From Dehalococcoidia bacterium (GTDB taxonomy: Bacteria; Chloroflexota; Dehalococcoidia; UBA6926), in NCBI GenBank assembly GCA_963666115.2, contig CAXXET010000004.1, positions 448,001 to 512,000 of the forward strand: a stretch of 64,000 nucleotides of DNA, given 5' to 3'. Positions 21,160 to 31,164 of the stretch are shown here, piece by piece. How positions within the stretch are numbered: the stretch's first letter is position 1; the number at the start of each line of letters is the position of its first letter. The notes under the pieces were generated by a model. The model was not told where the DNA came from and ran no database searches. It was given only the letters and a program-made list of their open reading frames with translations. Made by a program: the position numbers and the translations under genes.

Positions 21160-21621
21160 GTGCGAATCGCCATCGGGACCGATCATGCGGGCCTGCCTCT
21201 CAAGGACACGGTCATCGCGCGGGTGTCCGCGCTGGAGCACACGCCAATCGATCTCGGCGCGCACGAGTACGACGCGAATGACGACTACCCGGACTACGCT
21301 CTCGCCGTTGCCACGGAGGTCGCGGAGGGCCGCGCGGACCGGGGCGTTTTGCTGTGCGGGAGCGGCGTGGGGGCGAGCATCGTGGCCAACAAGGCCGCCG
21401 GCGTTCGCGCCGCCGTTTGCCATGACACGTATTCGGCGCGGCAGGGTGTTGAGCACGACGACATGAACGTGCTGTGCATCGGCGCGCGCATCATCGGATC
21501 GTCCCTAGCCGAGGCCGTCGTCGATGCATTTATCGGGGCCGCTTTCAGCGGCGAGGAGCGGCACGCGCGGCGGCTGGAAAAGGTCAGGGCAATCGAGGCT
21601 GCGCGCGGCGTGCCACAATAG
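21160..21621 (+). CDS. rpiB: Ribose-5-phosphate isomerase B
   Basis: GTDHAG, DDYPDY, CGSGVG, ANK, ERHARR. Confidence 0.93.
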   Translation: MRIAIGTDHAGLPLKDTVIARVSALEHTPIDLGAHEYDANDDYPDYALAVATEVAEGRADRGVLLCGSGVGASIVANKAAGVRAAVCHDTYSARQGVEHDDMNVLCIGARIIGSSLAEAVVDAFIGAAFSGEERHARRLEKVRAIEAARGVPQ

Positions 21622-21657
21622 ACGGAGACACGCGAGGGAATCCGAGGGGGTGTTGGC

Positions 21658-22887
21658 GTGGCAACGCCGGATTTGAAACCGAACGAGTTCGTCGACGCAG
21701 TATCCGCAGCCGTCGATGAGTTGAGTGATGAGCTTGTCCGCATCAGCAAGGACATTCACGCGCATCCTGAACTCAACTACGAGGAGTTCTATTCGTCGGC
21801 GCTGCTGGCGGATGCGATGGAACGGCACGGCTTCGCGGTTGAGCGGGCAACCGGAGGCGTTGAAACCGCATTCAGCGCCACGCTGGCGGGCGGCGCGGGA
21901 GACGGGCCGACAGTCGCGTTCCTGGCGGAATACGACGCGCTGCCGGAGATCGGACACGGCTGCGGGCACAACCTCATCGCAATCTCGAATATCGGCGCGG
22001 CCCTTGCCCTCAAGGCGCTGATGCCGCGTCTGCCGGGCACGATACAGGTGCTTGGAACGCCGGCGGAGGAAGGCGGGGGCGGCAAGATTCGCATGATCGA
22101 CGCAGGCTCCTTCGGCGACGTGGACGTTGCGCTTTCGTCGCATCCGGCGGCCAACCGCACCGTCATCCCCACCTCGATTCCCATTGAGGAGAGCTGGAGC
22201 CTCGCGATGGTGGGCTACCGGTACGCGTACCACGGCAAGGCCGCCCACGCGGCGGTCTCTCCCCACCACGGCATCAACGCGCTCAACTCCGTCATTCACC
22301 TGTTCACGGGAATCGACGCGCTCAGGCAGCACCTGCGGGAGGACGTCCGCATTCACGGGGTCATCACGGACGGGGGGCGCGTTCCCAACATCGTGCCGGA
22401 CTTCGCCGCCGCGAACTTCATGCTGCGGTCACGCGACCGCGACTACCTCGGCGAGGTCGTCGAACGGGTGAAACAGGTGGCGGAAGGAGCGGCGACGCTG
22501 ACGGGCGCGACGCTGGAGATACTGGACGCCCACCCGATGTATGAGAACGTGCGGCCAAATGAACCGCTTGCGCGCGCTGCGCGGCAGTACGCGGAGGCTG
22601 CGGGAATGCACGTTCACGATCCGCGGCCCGGCTCTCGCGGAGGCGCATCGACGGACTTTGGAAACGTGAGCCAGCGGATGCCGTCGTTTGCAGTGAACTT
22701 TGCGGTGAGCGAGACGCCGATAGCGGCACATTCGATACAGATGACGGAGGCGGCGCTGTCCGACCTGGCGCACGACAGCGCGCTGGGGGTGGCAAAGTCG
22801 CTTGCGCTGACCGGGATCGACGCGCTGACCGACGCGGATTTCATGCAGGCCGTTCGCGCAGACTTTGAGGCGAGGAACAGCAACTGA
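21658..22887 (+). CDS. M20 family amidohydrolase (Acy1L2/AbgB-like)
   Basis: HPEL, EYDALP, GHGCGHNLI, GTPAEEGGGGK, STDFGNVS. Confidence 0.9.
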   Translation: MATPDLKPNEFVDAVSAAVDELSDELVRISKDIHAHPELNYEEFYSSALLADAMERHGFAVERATGGVETAFSATLAGGAGDGPTVAFLAEYDALPEIGHGCGHNLIAISNIGAALALKALMPRLPGTIQVLGTPAEEGGGGKIRMIDAGSFGDVDVALSSHPAANRTVIPTSIPIEESWSLAMVGYRYAYHGKAAHAAVSPHHGINALNSVIHLFTGIDALRQHLREDVRIHGVITDGGRVPNIVPDFAAANFMLRSRDRDYLGEVVERVKQVAEGAATLTGATLEILDAHPMYENVRPNEPLARAARQYAEAAGMHVHDPRPGSRGGASTDFGNVSQRMPSFAVNFAVSETPIAAHSIQMTEAALSDLAHDSALGVAKSLALTGIDALTDADFMQAVRADFEARNSN

Positions 22888-22906
22888 TACCGTAAGGGCC
22901 AGTTCA

Positions 22907-24283
22907 ATGACACGTGTCAAGATCGACAATGCCCGGTTCATCATGACGATGAACGAGTCGCGCCGCATCATCAGCGACGGGACGATCATCCTCGACGACG
23001 ACCGCATCACGCACGTGGGCAAGGCGGCGGACCTGGGCAACGCGCCGGCAGACCGCGTTATCGACGCGACGGAGATGGTGATAACGCCGGGGTTCGTCAA
23101 CGGGCACATGCACATCTCCTACGCGCACGCGACGCGCGGCATCTTTCCCGACGATCTCAGCCCGCGCGACTATTTGGCGGGCGTGTTTGCCCTGCAAAGC
23201 TCTATGACCGAGGAGGAGGAGCGAGACACGTCGCTCCTGGGGATCACAGAGCTGCTTCGCGGGGGGACGACGACATTCGTGGACCCGGGGAGCACGCGCT
23301 TCCTCGACGCGTGCATGGACGCCTATGAGCGGGCCGGATGCCGCATCGTCGTCGGCAGGCAGGTCACCGACCGGACGAATCCCCTGAACCTGCCCGTCTA
23401 TGAGACGCGTGACGCGGTGTCATTGACCGGCCGGATCATCGATGCGTATGACGGCGGACTTGACGGGCGCGTTCACGCGTGGGCGATGCCGTTCTCCGTG
23501 GACTACTGCTCGCCGGATTTGCTCAAGGAACTCAAGGCGATGGCGGACTCCATGAACACGCGGCTCACGCTGCACCACGGGAACGGGCCGGGCACCGTGC
23601 GGTCATTCCTGGAGCGGTACAGCATCCGCCCGACGCTGTGGCTGGAGGACCAGGACATTTTGGGCAGGAACGTCGTGCTGTCCCATGTGATTGGGCTGGA
23701 CGATAAAGAGGTTGCGTCGATGGCGCGGACGCACACCTCCGGCATCCTGTGCCCCACTGCCGCCATGAAGATGGGCTCCGGCTTGTCACAGCACGGCATG
23801 GCGCCGGAGATGCTGCGGAGCGGTGTGACGCTTGGGCTGGGCACGGACGCGGGCAACAACTCGAATCTCGTTGAGACGCTGCGCTCCATGTACCTCATCG
23901 CCATCCTGTTCAAGGACGCGCGGACGGACACGCGCATGATACCGGCGGAGAGCGCGCTGGAGATGGCGACGATCGGGGGCGCGACGGCGCTTGGCATGGA
24001 CGATGAGATCGGTTCCATCGAGCCGGGCAAGAAGGCCGACCTCGTAATGTTCGACACGCGGCGGGCCGAGTGGCGGACACTCTTCAACCCGGTGAACAGC
24101 CTTGTGTACAACGCGGACGGGCGCAGCGTTCACACGGTCATGGTTGACGGGCGCACGGTTGTGGAAAACGGCCAGGCGCTGTACGTGGACGAGTGGGAAC
24201 TGGCGCAGCGCGTGCAACGGCACGGCGAGTCCATGCTGGAGCGCACCAACACGTCATACCAGCCCAATTGGCCGGTGATGTAG
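22907..24283 (+). CDS. Amidohydrolase superfamily deaminase (SsnA/AtzA/MTA-SAH deaminase-like)
   Basis: PGFVNGHMH, GTTT, LGTD, GSIEPGKKAD. Confidence 0.88.
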   Translation: MTRVKIDNARFIMTMNESRRIISDGTIILDDDRITHVGKAADLGNAPADRVIDATEMVITPGFVNGHMHISYAHATRGIFPDDLSPRDYLAGVFALQSSMTEEEERDTSLLGITELLRGGTTTFVDPGSTRFLDACMDAYERAGCRIVVGRQVTDRTNPLNLPVYETRDAVSLTGRIIDAYDGGLDGRVHAWAMPFSVDYCSPDLLKELKAMADSMNTRLTLHHGNGPGTVRSFLERYSIRPTLWLEDQDILGRNVVLSHVIGLDDKEVASMARTHTSGILCPTAAMKMGSGLSQHGMAPEMLRSGVTLGLGTDAGNNSNLVETLRSMYLIAILFKDARTDTRMIPAESALEMATIGGATALGMDDEIGSIEPGKKADLVMFDTRRAEWRTLFNPVNSLVYNADGRSVHTVMVDGRTVVENGQALYVDEWELAQRVQRHGESMLERTNTSYQPNWPVM

Positions 24284-24314
24284 CGGCTAACGGCTTGCGG
24301 GCGGGTGGCTGAGC

Positions 24315-24989
24315 CTACTGTCCGGCGAGGTCCGTGACGTCCAGGACTGCCGGTGAGCCGTCGGAGCCGTAGCCGTACGACCTGAGTTCGAGATCTGTGG
24401 GATCGGTGTCCATGAACAGGGGCGAGTACGCGCGGAAGCTGAACGTGCCGGCCTCATATTCAAAGTCCATCGGCGCGACGGTGAGGTTCGTATTCCACTG
24501 CTCCATTGGGCCAAGGTCCGGGAGGAGGGCGACCATCGGCTCATCGTGGCCCTTGTAGAAGACGAGGAACATCGCGCCGTCATCTTCGCCGGGCGGGAGG
24601 AATAGCTGGCCGCCGCCGGTCACGATTCCGGCGCCGCTCAACTCTCCCGGGGCGAGCGTCGGCGGCTCGCTCCACGTGATCAGGCCGGCCGGCGAATCAC
24701 CGGCGAGGGCGAGGTTGGCATCGTAGTTGAGCGCCGGGCCGAGGCCGTCGGGGTTTTGGTTTGTGTTGCTGACCGTGCCATCATCGCCCGAACCGGACGA
24801 CGACGCGCCGGAATCACCCGAATCCGATGAGGACGAGGATGAACCCGCGCCGGAATCGCCAGAATCGGTCGAGGACGAGCTCGCGGCGGAATCTGAGTCG
24901 GAGTCCTCGCTGCTTTCTCCGTTGGTACACGCGGCCAGGGCGGAAATCGACAGGATAAGCGCAAGAAGCAGAATCGCCGCGAGTTTCAT
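24315..24989 (-). CDS. Hypothetical lipoprotein with Ser/Asp-rich linker
   Basis: Signal peptide ending LAAC; low-complexity S/D/G tract. Confidence 0.7.
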   Translation of the reverse strand: MKLAAILLLALILSISALAACTNGESSEDSDSDSAASSSSTDSGDSGAGSSSSSSDSGDSGASSSGSGDDGTVSNTNQNPDGLGPALNYDANLALAGDSPAGLITWSEPPTLAPGELSGAGIVTGGGQLFLPPGEDDGAMFLVFYKGHDEPMVALLPDLGPMEQWNTNLTVAPMDFEYEAGTFSFRAYSPLFMDTDPTDLELRSYGYGSDGSPAVLDVTDLAGQ

Positions 24990-25106
24990 GGCCGTTTCCT
25001 TTCCCTACCGGGCGCATCTCTATCTGCCCATGATAACGCTCGCCAGTGGCAAAACGTTACGGCATCCGGCAGAATTCCGTCGCGTCCGGGCGCGGGGGGG
25101 CAGAAT

Positions 25107-26300
25107 CTAGATTGCGTTCTGCTCCCGCATGACGGTGGCGAGGAGGCCGACGCCTTCCTGGATTTCGTCCGGGGTGGGGAAGCTGTAGTTGAGGCGGGCG
25201 CGGTTGGGGCCTTCGCCGACGGGGGAGAACTGGTGGCCGCCGAGGTAGCGGACGCCGCGCTCCTGCGTGATCGGTTCAAGCGCCTGCATATCGGTATTCT
25301 CCGGGAACTCCGCCCAGACGAACATGCCGGCCTTGGGGACGGTCATCGAAACGAGCGGGCCGAAGTTCTCTCCGAGCGCGGCGATCATGGTGTCACGCTT
25401 GTGGCGCATCCGCATGTTGAGGTGGCTGATGCGGGCATCCATGTGGTCTTCCATGAACTTGGCGACGATGAGGCCGGAGAGATAGTCGTTGCCGACGTCC
25501 TGCTTGTACGCCGCCATCCGCTCAACAAGACGCTCATCCGCGGCCACCCACGCGACACGGACGCCGGGCGAGAGAATCTTGGAGAACGTGGCGATGTAGA
25601 TGACGCGCTCCTGCGCTCCGTCCAGCGACGCGATGGCGGGCGGCATCTCATCGACGTCCAGCGTCTGATCCACGTAGCAGTCGTCCTCGATGATCAGCGT
25701 GTCGTATTCCTGCGCGAGGGCGAGCATTTTCTCGCGGCGGTCGGACGGCATGATGGAGCCGTCCGGGTTCTGCGGGCTGGGGATGGTGTAAATGAACTTG
25801 GGCGTGACGCGCTCAGCCTTGAGTTCGGCGAGCTTCTGTTCAAGAAGGTCCATCCGCATCCCGTCGTCGTCCCTGTCGATGGTGACGATGCGGAGTCCGC
25901 TGGCGATGAAGGCGCGCACTGCGCCCTGGTAGAAGAATCGGTCGGTGATGATGGTGTCGCCCCGGGTGGTGAGCGTTTCCAGGCAGAGGGTGATGCCCTG
26001 CGCGGAGCCGTTGGTGGTGAGCACTTCATTGATGGCGGGCCACGTCATGCCGCGGTGGGCGGCCATCTTGTGGAGGATGATCTCGCGCGTGCGAACGGGG
26101 CCGTAGGTGGGCGGGTAGCGGGCGATGATCTCCTTCTCTTCATGGATGACCGCCCGCGCGGCTTCCGCCAGTTCTTCGATGGGCATGACGTCCGGGCCGG
26201 GATTGGCGCCGCCAAAATCGTACCGGAAGACTTCTTCCTGCCACGTGGGAACGGGCTTCTCAGGAACCGTCCAAAAACGGGAATAGTCGATGCTGCCCAT
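25107..26300 (-). CDS. PLP-dependent aminotransferase class I (LysN/ARO8-like)
   Basis: TNGSAQG, YTIPSPQNPDG, IIEDDCY, TFSKILSPGVR. Confidence 0.9.
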   Translation of the reverse strand: MGSIDYSRFWTVPEKPVPTWQEEVFRYDFGGANPGPDVMPIEELAEAARAVIHEEKEIIARYPPTYGPVRTREIILHKMAAHRGMTWPAINEVLTTNGSAQGITLCLETLTTRGDTIITDRFFYQGAVRAFIASGLRIVTIDRDDDGMRMDLLEQKLAELKAERVTPKFIYTIPSPQNPDGSIMPSDRREKMLALAQEYDTLIIEDDCYVDQTLDVDEMPPAIASLDGAQERVIYIATFSKILSPGVRVAWVAADERLVERMAAYKQDVGNDYLSGLIVAKFMEDHMDARISHLNMRMRHKRDTMIAALGENFGPLVSMTVPKAGMFVWAEFPENTDMQALEPITQERGVRYLGGHQFSPVGEGPNRARLNYSFPTPDEIQEGVGLLATVMREQNAI

Positions 26301-26366
26301 TACGCCCTCCGCCTCTCATTCCCCATGACGCGGCTCGCTGCCGCGCTGCGCGGAGAGTAGCACAAA

Positions 26367-26411
26367 GCGTCTCCCGCTGCCGACTCGTAAGCAGTCAGCA
26401 GCGGGAGACGC
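26367..26411 (-). terminator. Strong hairpin downstream of proX-like gene (probable intrinsic terminator)
   Basis: 14-bp inverted repeat GCGTCTCCCGCTGC / GCAGCGGGAGACGC, short T-run follows on minus strand. Confidence 0.6.
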
Positions 26412-26424
26412 CAAGGATTCGGGT

Positions 26425-27471
26425 TTACTCGGTTGGCCAGCCGGCGGGGACGACGCCCTCGTCAAGGGACTCCTGGATGGCGTCCGCAGCATCACTCGTG
26501 ACCCACTGGGTCCAGAGGTCTACGTTGTTGTTGAGCCACCACATAGCGGAGTCGGCGATGTCCGCGCCCTCGTTGTCCTGCTGCCACGCGACAACCGTGC
26601 CGAATTCAGGGATGTCAAAGCCCCACTTCTCGAACATGTCGATGACTTCAGGAGCTCGCTCCGCGAGGTCGGTGCGGACGGCAATCTTGATCTCGGCGTC
26701 GCGGTAGGCGCAGCCCACCGTCGGCTCGGGTCCGCCGTCAATGAAGGCCTGCATGCCGGACCAGCAGTCGTCCGTGTACGCGGGTTCATCCAGCCTGACA
26801 AGGTCAAGGAGGAGCGCCGGGTCGTTGGTGCCCCACTGGAAGCCAAGCCACGGCTCCTGGCGGTCGTAGGCGCCGTAGAGGTCCGCGTTTGCGGCTGCGC
26901 CGTCACCGGGCTTGATGACGTGGACGTGGTCAGTCAGGCCATAGGCTATGATCTGCGCGTCATTCACGCCCTCGCAGGCCCATCCGATAACGCAGGACAC
27001 CAGGCGCGCCTTGCCGTCCGAGTCCGGCGTGGCGAACAGTTCCTTGTACTGCGGGTCCTTCAGATCCTCGATGTTGTCCAGGTCCGGGTGTTGGTCCTGG
27101 AGATACTTCGGGATCACGAAGGCCGACTGCCAGTCCGCCCCGAGGCTAAAGCCGACTTCCTGCACCGTTCCCTCGGCAAGCGCGTCAACCCAGGCGGCGT
27201 CCTGGTTGGGCAGCCAGATTTCCATGGTCACGTGCGTATCACCGGCGCGCAGGCCCTGCAGCAGCGGGAGCGTTGCGCCGAATACGACGTCCGTGGGATA
27301 GCCATAGCCCTCTTCCACGATGTACTGGGCGATGCGGTTCTGAATCTGGGCGCTGGGCCAGTTCAGATCGCTAAAGACGATCGGATCCTTTTCTTCTTCC
27401 TGCGTGCATCCCGCCACGGCTGCAACGGCAAGCGCGGCGATCGCAATCGCAAGAACGGCAAACTTCCTCAT
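26425..27471 (-). CDS. proX: Glycine betaine/proline ABC transporter substrate-binding lipoprotein
   Basis: VAGC lipobox, DLNWPSA, MEIWLPN, CVIGWAC; operon with permease and ATPase. Confidence 0.82.
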   Translation of the reverse strand: MRKFAVLAIAIAALAVAAVAGCTQEEEKDPIVFSDLNWPSAQIQNRIAQYIVEEGYGYPTDVVFGATLPLLQGLRAGDTHVTMEIWLPNQDAAWVDALAEGTVQEVGFSLGADWQSAFVIPKYLQDQHPDLDNIEDLKDPQYKELFATPDSDGKARLVSCVIGWACEGVNDAQIIAYGLTDHVHVIKPGDGAAANADLYGAYDRQEPWLGFQWGTNDPALLLDLVRLDEPAYTDDCWSGMQAFIDGGPEPTVGCAYRDAEIKIAVRTDLAERAPEVIDMFEKWGFDIPEFGTVVAWQQDNEGADIADSAMWWLNNNVDLWTQWVTSDAADAIQESLDEGVVPAGWPTE

Positions 27472-27548
27472 GTGTTCCTCCCCTCCCTTTCCGGAGTTTA
27501 TTTTAGCGAATCCTTGCAAGCATTTCAGAGTGAGCAGGTTTAGGCCCT

Positions 27549-28622
27549 CTAACCGGCGGTCATGGCCTCTGCCCTGCGGGCGGCAACGGCCTGTGTAAGA
27601 CGGTCGATGATGATGGCAAGAAAGACGATGGCGAGCCCGGCAAGGAGTCCGTTGCCGGGCTCATTCCTCTGCAATGCCCTGTTGACGTTGTCGCCGAGTC
27701 CGCCGGCGGCCACGAGGCTTGCGATGGTGACCATGGCGAGCGCCATCATCGTGGTCTGGTTGATACCGGCCATGATAGTGGGCAGGGCCATGGGAATCTG
27801 CACCTTGAGCAGTATCTGGCGCGGCGATGAGCCGAATGCGCGCGCCGCGTCCACAACTTCCGGCGAGACCTGGCGGATGCCAAGAATGGTGAGGCGGATA
27901 ACGGGCGGCGCGGCATAGAGGATGGTGGCGAACACGCCGGCGGGCTTGCCCAGCCCGAAGAACAGGATTCCCGGCAGGAGATAGACAAAGCTCGGCATCG
28001 TCTGCATCCCATCAAGGATTGGACGCAGGAACCCCTCGATGACGCGGCTGCGCGCGCCGATGATGCCGACGGGCAGGCCGATTGAGACTGAGATCGCCAC
28101 GGCCACAACCATGAGGGCGAGGGTGTCCATGGTGTTGTTCCACAGGTCCATGAACCCCACGAACAGGAGCGCGAGCACGCTGAACGCGAGGAGCGGCTTG
28201 CGCCCTACCGCATAGGCCAGGAGGCCAATGCCCGCAACGACGGCGGGCCACGGGAACCACTTCAGGACGCGCTCGATGTAGACGAGCGAATACGTGACGC
28301 CGGTGGCCATGGTGTCAAAGGCGAACGAGGCCGTCGTCGTCAGCCAGCCCACGCCGCTGTCGATACCGTCTGCCACGACCTCGCGCACGGTGGTCTCCAG
28401 CATGAATGAGCCGTCGGTAGACAGTTCGCTGCTCACGGTGGTCGGGAAATCCATGCCCGGGCCCCATACAGCGAGGGAAATAATCAGAACGAGGAGGACG
28501 AATGCCGCGCCGAACCACTGCCAACTGGGCAAATCCCGGCCGGCGGGCGCCTGTGGCCGCGCGTCAGTCTCTTCGGTCGTTGACGCGGCCTTGTCAACGG
28601 CGACGTCGTCTGTGCTAGCCAC
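27549..28622 (-). CDS. proW: Glycine betaine/proline ABC transporter permease
   Basis: LDGMQTMPSFVYL, RLTILGIRQV, IMAGINQT. Confidence 0.9.
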   Translation of the reverse strand: MASTDDVAVDKAASTTEETDARPQAPAGRDLPSWQWFGAAFVLLVLIISLAVWGPGMDFPTTVSSELSTDGSFMLETTVREVVADGIDSGVGWLTTTASFAFDTMATGVTYSLVYIERVLKWFPWPAVVAGIGLLAYAVGRKPLLAFSVLALLFVGFMDLWNNTMDTLALMVVAVAISVSIGLPVGIIGARSRVIEGFLRPILDGMQTMPSFVYLLPGILFFGLGKPAGVFATILYAAPPVIRLTILGIRQVSPEVVDAARAFGSSPRQILLKVQIPMALPTIMAGINQTTMMALAMVTIASLVAAGGLGDNVNRALQRNEPGNGLLAGLAIVFLAIIIDRLTQAVAARRAEAMTAG

Positions 28623-29817
28623 TGTCGTCTCCGTTTTCTACCCCGCCGGACAGAAGCTCGTCGCGCCGGATTGCGCCGACGAGGACGCCGTCTTCAACGA
28701 CGGCCAGAGGATACGGCGCATCCTCGACAATCGGGAGGAGTTCATCGAGCGATGTATCCGGGTCAACGATGACGGGGTCCTGCAGCGCGGCGTCTTCCAG
28801 GGTCTCCTTATGGCGGTCGGCGAGCGATTCCACTTCCTGCTTGGTGAGCATCCCCTTCAGCCTGGAGCCTGCGTCCACCACGAAAAGGGCGTCGGTGTTC
28901 ATGTTCTCCATGATGACGAGCGCCGCGCCGGGGCCCTGCCGCGTGTGGATCGCGTCCGTCGCCTCGCTCATCACGGTGCGGGCCTGGATGAGGCGCGTCG
29001 AGGAGACATCGCGGACGAATTCGGTCACGTAGTCGTCGCTCGGCATGGAGACGATCTCATCCGGCGTTCCCTCCTGGATGATCTCGCCGTCGCGCATGAT
29101 GGCAATGCGGTTTCCGAGCTTGATGGCCTCATTGAGATCATGGGTGATGAAGATGATGGTCTTGTGCAGGTCTTCCTGGAGCGTGAGCAGTTCATCCTGC
29201 ATCTGGCGGCGGATGAGGGGGTCGAGTCCGCTGAACGGCTCATCCATGATGAGGACGGAGGGATCGACGGCAAGGGCGCGGGCAAGGCCGACGCGCTGCT
29301 GCATTCCGCCGCTCATCTCACGCGGGAAATAGCGTTCCCAGCCGCTGAGGCCGACCTTCTCAACCGTTTCATGGGCGACGCGGAGCCGCTCATCCTTGTC
29401 AACGCCCCTGACCTCAAGGCCGTAGGCGACGTTCTCCAGGACGCGGCGATGCGGCAGAAGGGCGTAGTTCTGGAAGACCATCGCGACGGTCGACCGCCTG
29501 AACTCCATGAGTCGATCCTGCGAGAGCTGGAGGATGTCCTCGCCCTCATAGAGGAGCTCACCGGCGGTGGGGTCGCTCAACCTGATGAGCGCCCTGGCAA
29601 GAGTGGACTTGCCGCTCCCGGAGAGTCCCATCAGGACGTAGACCTGGCCGCGGTCAACGCTGAAGGACACGTCGCGCAGCGCGGTGACGAGTCCCAACTC
29701 CTCCTGTATCTCCGCCCGTGACTTTTCGGTGTGCTCAGGATCGAGAGCCCGTTCGGGATTGTCCCCAAACACTTTCCATAGATTCTTCGCGTCTATCTGA
29801 CGTTCAGTTTCGATCAT
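28615..29817 (-). CDS. proV: Glycine betaine/proline ABC transporter ATPase with CBS domains
   Basis: GLSGSGKS, MSGGMQQRVG, MDEPFSGLDP, C-terminal CBS pair. Confidence 0.92.
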   Translation of the reverse strand: MIETERQIDAKNLWKVFGDNPERALDPEHTEKSRAEIQEELGLVTALRDVSFSVDRGQVYVLMGLSGSGKSTLARALIRLSDPTAGELLYEGEDILQLSQDRLMEFRRSTVAMVFQNYALLPHRRVLENVAYGLEVRGVDKDERLRVAHETVEKVGLSGWERYFPREMSGGMQQRVGLARALAVDPSVLIMDEPFSGLDPLIRRQMQDELLTLQEDLHKTIIFITHDLNEAIKLGNRIAIMRDGEIIQEGTPDEIVSMPSDDYVTEFVRDVSSTRLIQARTVMSEATDAIHTRQGPGAALVIMENMNTDALFVVDAGSRLKGMLTKQEVESLADRHKETLEDAALQDPVIVDPDTSLDELLPIVEDAPYPLAVVEDGVLVGAIRRDELLSGGVENGDDSG

Positions 29818-29980
29818 AACGTTGGCGCGCCAACTATCCTCCCCCCCTGATTGCGACAACATACTGTAACGGATTAGCCCGCAACCGTCCAATCGCGCGC
29901 CGGAGAGCAACTATTGGCGTCTTCATCCGATTCATGGCAAACTATACGGTGAGTCTTATAGGAATAACCAGGAGGGACAC

Positions 29981-31057
29981 ATGACGAGCAGACTTATGCT
30001 ACTTGCGCTAGCCGTCGTGGCAGGCCTGATGATCTTTGCGGCCTGCACAACCGAGGAAGACACACCTGTGCCGGCCGACGAGCCAACAGCGGCGCCGGTG
30101 GAAGAGGAGATGAGCAGGCTCGCCACCGTCATACAGCGTGGCAAGGTCATCTGCGCGATCAACACGGTGCTTCCCGGATTCGGCGCGCTGGACGCGAACG
30201 GAAACAACGTGGGCTTTGACATCGATCAGTGCCGCGCCGTTGCAGCCGCCGTTCTTGGCGACGCCAACGCGGTTGAGTATCGACAGACCACCGCCGCGCA
30301 GCGCGGGCCGGTCATGCAGTCCGGCGAAGTCGATCTGATGGTTCGGAATACAACGTGGACGACTTCCCGCGACGCGACGTGGGGCAACTTTGCCCAGACG
30401 ACGTTCTACGACGGGCAGGGATTCATGGTCCCGGCAGACCTGGGCGTGAGCGATCCGGTTGAGCTGGACGGCTCCAGCATCTGCGTGCTCCAGGGCACGA
30501 CGACGGAGCAGAACCTCCAGGACTTCATCAACCAGAACGGCCTGGACATCGAGGTTCTCACGTTCAGCGAGCAGCCGCCGCTGACGGAGGCATACCTGGC
30601 GGGACAGTGCCAGGGTGAGACGACCGACAAGTCCGGCCTCGTCTCGCTCCGCACGACGTATGACAACCCCAATGACCACGTCATCCTGGGCGCCACGATT
30701 TCCGAGGAGCCTCTTGGCCCCGTCGTGCCGCACGGCGACGACCAGTGGTACGACATCGTGAAGTCCGTCATCGCCATCCTGATCTACGCGGAGGCATTCG
30801 GGATCGATTCGATGAGCGTGCCGACGGCAGCGACGGGCGACACAGCAGTTGACCGGCTGCTTGGCCTGGGCGACACGAGCTGGGGCCAGGAAGCGCTGGG
30901 CCTGGAGCAGGACGTGGGACAGAAGGTCATCCGGCAGGTTGGCAACTACGGCGAGATCTACGACCGGCACCTGACGCCGCTGGGCGTCACCCGTGAGGGC
31001 AGCCGCAACGCGCTGTGGCTGAACGGCGGAGAGATCTACGCCGCTCCGCTCCGATAG
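29981..31057 (+). CDS. aapJ: General L-amino acid ABC transporter substrate-binding lipoprotein (AapJ/BztA-like)
   Basis: RNTTWTTSRD, FYDGQGFMV, ISEEPLGP, VGNYGEIYDR. Confidence 0.88.
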   Translation: MTSRLMLLALAVVAGLMIFAACTTEEDTPVPADEPTAAPVEEEMSRLATVIQRGKVICAINTVLPGFGALDANGNNVGFDIDQCRAVAAAVLGDANAVEYRQTTAAQRGPVMQSGEVDLMVRNTTWTTSRDATWGNFAQTTFYDGQGFMVPADLGVSDPVELDGSSICVLQGTTTEQNLQDFINQNGLDIEVLTFSEQPPLTEAYLAGQCQGETTDKSGLVSLRTTYDNPNDHVILGATISEEPLGPVVPHGDDQWYDIVKSVIAILIYAEAFGIDSMSVPTAATGDTAVDRLLGLGDTSWGQEALGLEQDVGQKVIRQVGNYGEIYDRHLTPLGVTREGSRNALWLNGGEIYAAPLR

Positions 31058-31164
31058 ACAGCGGGACAAGCGCGTTCTGACGGCGTCCTGACGGACGCGA
31101 CAGGAGCGAATAAAGCGGGGGGCCGAATGCACGGCATTCGGTTCCCCGCTATTCTATTGGCGAG